Source: Tubiluchus corallicola
Taxonomy: Eukaryota > Animalia > Priapulida
NCBI GenBank assembly: GCA_030141605.1
Contig: JAQGDQ010000013.1
Coordinates: forward strand, 262,447 to 326,446
Reading direction: 5' to 3'
DNA: 64,000 nucleotides
The translations under genes were made by a program, and so were the position numbers. Positions 12,587 to 24,500 of this stretch are shown here, one piece after another. The notes under the pieces were generated by a model. It saw only the letters and a program-made list of their open reading frames with translations, searched no databases and was not told the origin of the DNA. Within the stretch, counting starts at the first letter, position 1. Each line of letters starts with the position of its first letter.

Positions 12587-15500
12587 CTAACTAGCAGTCT
12601 CGTGTGCTGTTCTTCTTTCCGCTGCCGCTCGCCTTTCATAATTGACCAGTCTTTGACCAACTAAATACCTAAAAGAATGAATAAAATGCTGAGGTGTCAT
12701 CGAAACGAATGTCTGTTTGAAGCCATGTTTCTGTATGATGTCTCCGTTTCAAGTTAACAGAAATGATGCAAAAAAATTTAAATACTCTGTTTTACAAGCC
12801 ACCACTAAATTAACAACATTATTATTACAATTAGCTGTTAACTGATAATAATCAGTCATTAAATTAGAATAATGATAATATAATTACATTATATCATCAT
12901 AATAATAATGATATAAACAATGCAGAACAAACCAAGTGTTAAAAACAATTTAGATGTTTCAGGGTAGACAGGGAAAGCAATCTGAAAAGGCTTTGAAAAG
13001 CATCAGTGTGCTTGCATAGCAAAATCGTCCATAAGTCGGCAATTAGGTCTGTCTAGCTTCTAGCTACACACATCATGAATCTCCATTTAATGTGGATCAT
13101 TTTGATACCAAGCGCATCGCTCTATGTTATTTCTAAGCTGAGATAATCCACGTTGAAGTTGAGGTGCAGGCTATGCAGTGAAAAACATAATCTTGAGAAA
13201 ATCGCTGTTAAAGTCAGCCACTGTTTTTTGTCGCGTCTCTACAAAACTCTTAGCAACTGTACGAAAGTTTGGTTGCTATGGACTTTGCAAGAGCACATAG
13301 AAGTTATGGTTAAATCCAGTAGATGGCTCTTCCTGACGAAGATTTGGGCTTGTCAAGAAAAAAAAACCTGAAGCAAAATGGTTGCTCCCATGAACTACTA
13401 CAAGAGTTTGAAAATACTTTTTTTTTCAATTGACATACTGGTTTCTAGGCAGAGAAATGGACACAGGGTTATAAAACTAATTTTTTAGTATTTTTTGCAC
13501 ATTTTCTTGATAATTTGATGCTAGAATATAAAGGTCCAAAATATTTAGCATTTGTTTTTATAAAAAACAAAAAAATAACATCAGACCAAAATTTTGGGAC
13601 ATTCTAACATCATAACACATAACAATGCCGACTTGTTGACAGTTTTGGTTTGCAAGCACACATATGTAATTTGTTGAAATTCATTTGTCAGGTAATTTGC
13701 AATTTATGTCATACTGATTGTCTTTTAGGTAACTGTTTGTCCAGTCCAGGTTTTTGGTCACTCCAGAATTAAAAATACAAACAGAATGTGTTTTTAATTA
13801 TGAGATGAATTTTCGAGTTAGAACAATGCACAATTTGTAAAATCCCAATACACTCAATCACCTATTTGTAATAATTTTCATATATAACATAAAAGCTAAC
13901 GCTACGTACTTGTCATTTTTAATATGCTCATAAAGCTTTTTAAACTGTTTCGCTTGGAAAATGAAGATGGCTGTAAAGAGTATGGCTAGCAGACAAGACG
14001 GGTATATCCTCCGTTGTACTAGGTGCTGTAGCTCATCACTGCCACCTATAGGCAGTTATAATAAACATTAATGCATATTGCACAAAAAACAAATAAGCAA
14101 AATCTGCATAATAGACAACAACCTCAGTGCTTTTTATAAACGTTTTTTGTATAGAACGTATTTGGTATTAAACAACTAACTAAAAGCAAAATGCTTTAGG
14201 CAAACTTTCAGATTTCTTGCATATGATTATATTTTATGATGTGTAGACCAGGGGCCATCCACATATAAGGATATCAAATAGGGTAGCTAGATGGCAGGAG
14301 ATGTGATAACACCATTATAACGCAAGGTCGGTACATGATTTGGTCAGTAGGATATCGTTATCTGACTTCACGCTTTTTTCACCAAGGCCGACTCAGTTTT
14401 TTCATCAAACCAGGCAGCTGCCTAGGATGCCAAGTTTTGGAAAAAGTTCTTTAAGCTTAACTTTAGCATAAATAATAATGTAATGTATGTGTCATTGCTT
14501 AAGTGCACAAAACTTTAATTTAATGAAAAAAAAACTGCATGAGTTATTCTTCTGACAAAGTTTGTGTCACTCACGCTAAAGGCGAACCTCTCTTCCCACA
14601 GCAAAACACTTTCTACTTTTGCTTCACTTAGCTTCTGAAGATAATGTCATTGAGTGCTGTGTTACTGAGTACTGAGTACTGTGCATTACCTTGCTTTTGC
14701 CCAGTTTACTTTGTATACAGAGAGTGGCACAGAAACTCTTTCATTTAAATAAAGGTTTCTTGCTATAGTGTTTAATTAATTATAGCAGATAAATCTATAA
14801 GAATTTAAGCTTTCAGGAGTGTAATACAAGAAACAAAAGGCAAAAAAGCTGCCGGACACTGAGCAGCAAAAAAATTCGCTAATGAATTATTTCCAGACCA
14901 GAATTATAGCTGTGAAGGTGATGAAACTAGTGAAATGGTATATATGAAAAAGTGAAGCCAGTGTTTCAAAAGTTCTGTGATGAAAAGGCTGAGTGAAAAT
15001 CTAACCAAGAGTATGAACATTGTATACAAAAAGAGCAGAAAATGCAGAAATTCTGATTGTTCCTGAAGACCAGGAACATGCATGGGATCATAATTTCAAT
15101 TTCCAATGAAATTAACATGAGCTGTAGATAGGTAATTAACAGTTAATAAGTACACTATAATACATGATGTAAGCATAGGTAATATTATACTTTATTACAC
15201 ACAACAAGAATTCAATTTTGTGGGTGGGATGCGTGGGGAATGGTTGACAGTTGAGGAGGGGGTGCTAAAAATACTTTTGTCTAGCGCGTCTTACTACTTA
15301 GAGCCGCTACCTGTTTTTCACATGTGCGTGTCAGTAGCGGATAATTGTACCTCCCAATGCCAGCAGAAACCATTGACGGCTTCCCGTTAAATAACACAAG
15401 TGATATTGTGGCCTGTCCTTGGGAGGTGGAAGCGTACAAAGTGTACAAAAAGCTACATCGATTGGGGTATATGACAACGCCACTATAACACAAAGTAGGT

Positions 15501-18500
15501 AGACCTCGAAAACAGCCGAAAACTTGACGTCATTATATGCGGATTGCACCCCATTCCTAAGTGACTTTTCAAAATTAGTCTGTATTGTATCACCAATTTT
15601 TTCATTGTTTGCTTATTCTATTGGGCCACATGGTTTTTTAAGCCCCAGATATCTCAGCTCTGTGTAAAAACAATGTGGTAATCTTTATCATAAGATATGG
15701 TTTTTAAACATAGGCAAAAGGTGATTGGAAATTTGGTGTCTGCTCAATAAGTGAGTATTTTTGTTGACTGTGATAACACTGGTAAGATATCAAGAATAAT
15801 ACTCTAAGCATGTCACGAACTAGCTACAGATGCTTTAGCCACGTTCAAGTGTGCACACGTCTTCTCTCAGTGATTATTCCAATCGTAAAAGACAAAAATA
15901 AGAAAATCACAGTCAGAAGTAATTACAGGCCAATAGCACTCTCCTCAGTGTCTAGCAAACTTCTTGAAATCTTAAACAGGTACAGCCATTTACTTTCGTT
16001 AATGCCAAACCAATTTGGTTACATTGATAAATTAGGAACAGAAATGTGTCTGTACACCATGAAAGAGGTCATTTTAATTCTGAAATGTTTAAGGTCATAA
16101 ATGGAATTCGCCAAGGTGTGAAAATGTCTCCTATTTTATTTAATCAATACTTTCGAGATTTAAGCATAGGTCTTTCATCAACTGGTTTTGGTTGCCAATT
16201 TGGAAATACATACATTAATCACCTGGTTTTTGCCGATGATGGGTGTTTAACAGCATTGACTACAATAGCGGATACATATGTCCACTACGGAGACCTACAG
16301 TGATAAATGTCGAAAAAACGAAATTTCTAACTATTACTCTCACTAGTACGCACCAGTTCAGTTTTCGGTCTGTTAGTGCAGCTGGTAGCATAATTCGTCC
16401 ACGCAAAACTGAGAAATACATAATTTCTGGAGATAATAGGGATGATATTGATATTATTAGGCAATAATTCGTCCACGCAAAACTGAGAAATACATACTTT
16501 CCGGAGATAATAGAGATGATATCGATATTATTAGGCAACAAAGCATTTACTTGGTTATAGCAAATATAATCATGAGAAAATTTTGTCATTGTGCAAATAG
16601 GGTTAAAAGTCGTATGTTCGATTTGTATTATAACTCATGCTATGGAATGCAACATGGCAGCACTTTTACAGTTACAGTTTAACTAAACTTAAAGTAGCCC
16701 ATAACATCTTTAAATGGGAGGTATTCAATATATTCATATGATGACAGTGCTAGAACTATTTCAGTAAATCATTATGTTACTTACCTTGATGTTGTATATA
16801 GAAAAATGACTTACAGTTTGTACATGAGAGTAATTCATAGTTCAAATTCATTAATTAAGAGCATTATCTGAAAGTGAAGTGGCTTTCACGTCTGACATTA
16901 GAAGACAGTGGAGGGAGTTATTATATAGAAATTATAGTGCAAAGCATAGTAGGATCATTTATTTCTGTGTGTATAGTATAAAATGTTGTAAATATTACGT
17001 AATTGTGGTGTACATTTTTTTATTCGTGCGTAACTATAAATTTGGTTCAAAATCAAACGTTAAATCAAATCAATCAATGACATGAACAGTGTGAGAGAAT
17101 ATAAGCTGAGAAATGAAGCTGTCCAAAAGCAGTTTCTTGTGGCTGCTTTTCATCCATTTACTGATCAGACTCAGTGTACCTTAGCTTTGGTCACAAAGTG
17201 CATATCGTGGCCACTCTGCTATTCATCACGTCTCCAACTGGTAAAACATAGGCATGGAAATGAATACGAGAACTTTATGACAGGAAGAAGGTAGGTAATC
17301 AGCTTAGCTTCTGTATATGTGTGGACATACAGCGATGTACTACTATTTTATCTATACTCATTTTCATACTCACCTAATAATGGGACTATAGAATGAGCAG
17401 TGACGTATGGAACAGCTAAAGCGAGGCCAAGGCAAACAGTTACAGGCAGACACAACCGCCTCAATATGTAAGTGAGATTCATGTTTCTGAAGCCATCATT
17501 ATAAACCTGTTACAATAACACAATATTATCAAATCACTGTCATTGTACACCTTTTACAATATAGCATTACCATTATCATACCAGAACATTTACAACAAAA
17601 AAAAATATTAAAATATTAATAGCTATACAGCATGTAATTATATAATGCTATTACATCACTGTCACTATATAACTAGAGCGCTAATGCAGTATAATCACAA
17701 GACCACTGTTTGTAAGTTCTTGCGACACTGCCCTATTCCTATCACTGCATATTTACAGGGTATGTGCAACATCACTCAGGTTCCAAATACCATTATATAC
17801 TAGTACTATATCACAATACTATCACGTCATTGTACATTTTTTTGTAAAAATGTAGAATATTTCTACATCATTTATTATATAGCTAGCTCGACTATGCAAT
17901 TCTATCACATGCCCATTAATTCTATAAATACTGTAAGTTTGCAACAATTCAATATTTTTTACCACTCTTTGTAGTTGTTCATGGGGTACACAAACAAAAA
18001 AAACAATCAAACATCCCTCATTACCTGTTCAATGACCTGTTTCAACCACCAGTTTGGACCCATCATTGTCATTGCACACAAGATCTTCAAATGTAACACC
18101 CCAAGTGCCCAGTCCTAGAAAAGCAAATCATTTATGCACACAACACATTCCGGACATTTTCATACACAATCAATTTTTTTAAATAATAGTGTGAAAAAGG
18201 GTATAATGTATTTCAATAAGATGTTGGTAAACTAATACAGCAGTATCAGTACAAATTATAAATCTTAGTCTTATTATTTATCAATTTATAAATTTCATTT
18301 ATCAATAAAATTATAAATGATAAAACAGCATCAAGCACATTTTGAACATTTAGTGCAAAGATAGCATAAGCACATTCCATTTTTTACTTCTTAATGGGTT
18401 TCCACCCCGCACGCTTTCTATAGTGACAGTTCATTGAATGCAGACTGCAAATTTCTGAATGCATTTCCTGATAAACATATCCTACCTGCCAGGGAAAGTA

Positions 18501-21500
18501 GATCGGAGTCTGATTGAGTGGAACACGAACAGGAGCTACAACTACCTGCTCAAACAGACACCCCAACAGCAATGGGACAAGGCCGATTAGCACTGCAGCT
18601 GCTATTACAGACTTAAAGAGCTGAAATAAAGAATAAGAATTAATTTATTTGCAAACAAACTTATTTTTGTATCATAAATTACACCAGTTTGATGTCAATA
18701 CAGGTGCCACATTTTTATTTAAAATCAAAAATGTTGATGGTGACTAGGGGTGATATGTATCGGAATTTCAAGATTTTAAATTCGAATCACACTTGAATTC
18801 AGCATTAAAGACATTTGAATAAATTTTAAATTAGTAATCTCGAATCAGTAGAAGCAAGTAGTCCGTTTTATTCAGAAGAATCATCAGTGGTAAGATCATG
18901 CATATTGCTTGATTTTATTCTATCATAACAACTATAATAACTTGTTAAAGAAGTTACAGAAATTTTCTGTGTACACAAATAATGCCTAAATTGTGCTGAC
19001 TGCATGATGTTTATAAACTTCAAATCGATGCACAACTTTATATTATAGATAAAACTTACTACATATGAGCTAATGATCCAGTTTTTCTCTTCTTTTTTAG
19101 TTTTGACATTACTGATGTAAAGTAACTGCATTTTGTGTTCTTTTAGTTTTGCAAGAAATTTAACGCTATAAATACTTTTACAAAGTGTAAGCAAGTGAGT
19201 GTGCATGCAAACAAACTGTCGAACAAACAAACAAGAAAGTAAACAAGTAGACACATAAACGAACATGAATGCGATTCATTGTCCCAACTAAGTTGATAGA
19301 GAAAATAAACAAATGAATAAATAGATAAATAAACAATTTACACATTTTAAATTTTTCTTTAAACACAAATTCTTTCTCAGTTAACATGCAGATGACATTT
19401 CCTAGACTCTATAATTGACGATTTTCTGTTTGCTGAGAAGCTGTGAGGAAACCATCAGCTATTAACCTGATTAACACTAGAATCGATACAAATGTTAACA
19501 CAGTTGTCATATTTGCAAAGTGGTGCGTATTTATTCCGCAATCCAATGGCCTCCTTCTATTATGTACAAAAACACCATGTTTAGTTTCTGGGGAGTGTTT
19601 CCATGGCAACCCTGACTGCTTTTGTTTCAGGTAAAACAGTTTTGTGGTGATAAAATACCTGACAACGCATGTTGATCATTTACATGTGTCTCAGCTCAGA
19701 ACTTTGAAGTAAATGTGCAAATGATCATCATTTAAAGCTGTTTCATGCATATATCGGGACATGTGAATTTGCAAAAATGGGTATAAAGGCAATGCTTGCT
19801 ATTCTAATGCTTATTTCATCTAGGCATCAAGTGACAGCAATAAGAATAATTCTGAGCAACAGAAATTCCTCTCCCTTCACGGATCCACTGCTGAAAACGC
19901 TAAGTAGCTTCCTTACGAATGAAATAGGTGAGATAGTTAACATAACCACAACGAATCTTGAAGCAGAGCTGCAAAATGGCTTGTGTAATGAACGAAGTGC
20001 CAGTCCCTCAGCTGTGGTTGACATCAGTCGAAATTCTGACCTTTACAAAATGGCTTCATCCACAGCTAAGGAATTTGAGGTGCCCTTTGTATCATACCAA
20101 CCAGAAGAAGAATGCAGTGAGGAAGCCGAGATTGCAGAGAACTTGGAAGTCATAAGTTCACTTCCAGGTGAACCAGTGGAAGTAAAAATGCAATCACCTC
20201 CTGACACGTCTATAAATGCTATAATGGACATCATCGATAATGAAGGCCTTGACAATGCTGCTATGTTTTTTGATTCTGAAATAGTGAGCACAGATGCCGT
20301 CTACAATGAGCTAGTCGCACAACTTCAGATTCCATATATTTTTCAAGAAATTGTTGACAGTCACAGCATTACTAAAGAGCAATTTGTCATGGTAAAAGAA
20401 AGTGCCATAGAAAACATTTTTGTAGTCAGCAGAATTAAAGAGGCAAACCGCTTAATACACACAGGACAAGAATTCAGAATGCTGTTATCAAATGGCTTCA
20501 GATGGTATGTTATCACTTTTGGTGAAGGAACTCTCACGCCATCTGTTGACCTTGATTACAATTACAACACTACAGTAGTACACATAAAACCCATTAAGGC
20601 ACAGCAGATGCTTCATATGCGTATGGCTAAAGAATTGGAGGCACAAAGAATTTTGGTTACTGATGATCCACAGTACATCTGGTATACTGACCTCCTGACC
20701 CACACGACAAGAGTTGTACGTCAGCTCAACAGAGAGAACAAACTGGCACAAAATCGAAGCAATGAATGTAAAACTAAACACAGCACTTCAGCTGAGTTTG
20801 GCAAACTGCAGACAAGTGATCTAGTCAGGGCATTTGAAGACGTAAATAGTAGAGACCTGGCTTATGGACTGTTCCAGTGCTTACCTAATGCAACTTGTTC
20901 TCAAGATACTCCTTTTGAGCTCTACAGAGTGTCACTGAAATTTGGAAAACAAAAAAGTAGATACAAATCTTTGGGAATCTGGTCAGTTTCAGCAGGACTA
21001 AGAAAAACATCAAACAACTCCTTGCTCACTATCACGGGGAAGCGATTTTACAAGATCACAACCGACATCGATGCGAAACCTTTCATGATGTTAAAACCAA
21101 ATGTAAATGTCAACAGCACAGGCAATGATGCTTATATCGGTTTCTGCAAAGACATGATAGATTTAATGGCTGCTGAAATGAATTTTAATTATTATCTGTA
21201 TGTTCCTGATGATGGTGAAGTGGGACGTCAATATGACAATGGGACATGGACAGGAATGGTACAGGAACTGATAGTTCAGAATGCAGACATGGCAGTTTCC
21301 CCGTTTTCTGTTGTAGCTGAAAGAGAGGCTGTCATCGACTACACAGCCCCATTCTTTGAACAAGTTGGCATACTGATCTCGATGAAGGCCCCTTACTATG
21401 ATAATTCACTGCTGAAGTTTGCTAACGTCCTAGAAGGAAAAGTGTGGATTTGCATAGTGGTTGCACTTTTTGGAACGTCCATCATACTTTGTGTGTTTGA

Positions 21501-24500
21501 CACCTACAGTCCATATAGCTACCAAAATAATAAAGAGAAATATGTCAATGACAACGAGAAACGAATCTTTACTTTAAAGGAAAGTATGTGGTTTTGCATG
21601 ACATCACTTACACCACAGGGAGGTGGAGAGGTGCCAAAAAATCTTTCTGGTAAATTCGTGGCAGGAACATGGTGGATATTTGGATTTGTCATTCTAGCTT
21701 CTTACACAGCAAACTTGGCAGCTTTTCTTACTGTTCAACGCTTTGATGCATCAGTGAAATCTCTTGATGACCTCGTTAAACAACACGATGTTAGCTACTC
21801 TGCTTTGCAAGGGTCAAGTTCAAAACTCTATTTTGAAAGGATGAAGGACATTGAGTACAAATTTTATGAGATTTGGAAAGACATGAGCCTAAACATTAGT
21901 GCAGATCCAGCACAGAAAGCCAAGTTTGCAGTCTGGGAGTATCCACTGAGCGAAAAATACACACGTATATGGAACAACATGGTAAAGACTGGGTTCCAAA
22001 ACACTGACGAAGAAGGTTTTGCACAAGTCCGAGCTAGTGAACAGGGGAAGTTTGCCTACATGGAGGATGCAACTATTGTCAACTATATGGCTGAAACAAA
22101 TTGTGATCTAATTGCTGTAGGAGAACAGTTTAGCAAGAAGCCATATGCCATTGGTGTATCCAAGGGTTCACCTTTAAAAGAGGAGTTATCAAATGCCATT
22201 CTCAAGCTACAGAGCGAGCGTAAACTTGAGGAACTAAAACGCAAATGGTGGAAGGAAAAGAGTACTTATTGTCCCTCAAAGGACAACCAGAACAACGGGG
22301 TTACCTTCTGGAGCATTAGAGGAGTTTTTCTTATTGTGCCTATTGGCATTGTTCTCTCTTTAATTGCATTGTCTTTTGAGCACTGTCGAGAGCGACCAAA
22401 ATTAAAAACTACAGCCATCCAGCCCATCAGCATCAAGGTAAAAGAACCAAGTCAGGATGTTAAAATAATTCGATATTGATCTTTTATGCTGTATTGGCAT
22501 TATGCAGTAGCTGTCTTTTTACGAAAATGTTGGCAGAACGTCTTCTGTAATACTCATGTACGTTGCCACCTCTTGTAAACATGGTCTATTAAGTTTTCTT
22601 ATCAAATGATCAAGGGCCACTCAGAACTGTTCCTTACAGCAATCACAAAAATGACATAGTTAGAAATGAAGTAATATCAATGTAACAGTGCCATGCATTC
22701 AAAAATTCCAATTCTTGAACAGTTTACATTATGACAATCAATTTGTACAATTACGTTACGTAGGTGCTAGGCACATGTAATATTAAAAAGGTAAATTCGT
22801 AACAGCCTACGAGTGATACTAAAGTAACAAAATGTTTCTACATGATGTCACAGGACTTTTGCACTATACATTACGTTACATCAAAGGACATTCAAGTTGT
22901 AGTGCAGTATGCATGTATTTCGTTATGCTGATAGCAATTGTTTTATTTTCAAAAGTGAAATTAAGTTAGGAATGTCTCAGTGACATATTGTCCTGCGAAT
23001 GCAGCAAAGCAAGTTTTTTTTATTTTAATAAAAACAAGAAATACTACAATGGTTACAGTCACAAAAGAACAATTAGAAAAGATTACCAGACACTTGGTAG
23101 CAATAACAGTTAAATCGATCACAGGTTTTTCAGAAATCAAGAATGCATCATTAATTTTTTTAAATCGCTTATACACAGGAACTGACACGAACTCTTTCTC
23201 TGCCCAAGTGGGTCAAATATAATATACATGGTAGCAACAAACGAAACAGTCTCATTAGTACGCAACACACACCTGAAACACAATGCACAATTATACCTAA
23301 CTCAAACAGAAGTTAAGTACACTGGGGTGTAACAATCGTCAAACTTTTAAAACAATATTACTTAAATCTTGAATTTTCATTTTACTTTAGAAAGAAATGT
23401 GTATGTTTCTATAAAGTCACTAGCTAAGGCAAAAAACAAGCAGCAACAATTTTTGTATTCGAGTAACAAACTCGCATAACAACAACTATATAAAAGAAAA
23501 TATAAAGATAAACGAGCATTTCCCACTACTATAGTGAAAGGTCGGAGTTGTGTGTAATATTTGTTCATGCTGGATTGTCATGTAATAGTAGCACTCTTTG
23601 TGCACTTTAGAATTATTCAGAGTTCCAAAATGGCAGGTGTACCCACCAAAACGTTAGTGTTTATATTTTGTTATTTATGTTAATAAACTGTTGATAAAAT
23701 AAAGGCTAAAAATGCTCGTAAGTGAAAAACTACAATCTAATAAAAGTTCTAAAATTGACTCTTAATAGCCTTGCAATGTTAGCAATATTAAATATTTTGG
23801 CTATAATAAGTTACTTTATTGATTGTATTTACTGCAGATACAGCATCTACTGCTAATTAGAAAGTTTCTAATTAGCAGTATCTCACGATATGGAACAGTT
23901 ACTTTTTATCATCTCATAAGGAGATGAGATTAAGATTCTTCTTAATTTAAGAATTTCATCATTTTAGTGTATTTGCTTAACATTTTAGTAATTTTACCTC
24001 TTTTTCTTTTAGTTGTTTTGAAGTTTAAGTGTGTACGTCGAACAAGTGTGGAATAAACAATAAAAAATAAAAAATCCGAGTTTCTGTTTGCACCTTTCAG
24101 GCAAAAGTGCTTAGTTTCTGATATTAGATGATGATAATTTAACTAATAAAAGAAAAAGCATCGACACTAGTGCCATCTCTTGAGAGTAAATGTGATGTAA
24201 TTATGGGTATTGGACAAATTTTTTTTAATGATCAACTTTTGGGTATACAGACATTTTTGTCAAATTTAGGTTGCTGGCTCTGACTCAGTCGGCTGCTTTT
24301 TGCTAGGCAAGAACTTATTAAATAGTGTTACTTCTATTAAAACCTAGCAAACTGACTCGGTAACTGTTTGCAAAAAATTTCTTGACACCAGATAATTTTG
24401 TAAATGATTGTAGAAACAAAGTTTTAACTACATAGGCCACTTTCAAGCTTAGAATAAGTGCATAACATTTTCAAAACAAACAAACCCCTACATAAGTTCA

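Noticed and set aside
15250-15560. Relatively GC-rich segment with weak inverted ends (ggggtgc...gcacccc)
   Set aside because: The inverted match is too short and there is no target-site duplication or recognisable coding motif. Probably an unclassified repeat remnant.
19178-19387. Minus-strand ORF containing FVCSTVCL, resembling MARCHF6 exon 16 (FFCSTVCL), a possible duplicated exon
   Set aside because: It derives from a degenerate (TTTG)n microsatellite, has no convincing splice sites and lies in the wrong intron. Coincidental.
19827-21363. Short antisense and alternate-frame ORFs over the IR25a-like CDS, and likewise over ENTR1 exon 2 and HSD17B4
   Set aside because: Shadow ORFs of real coding sequence, with no recognisable domains.
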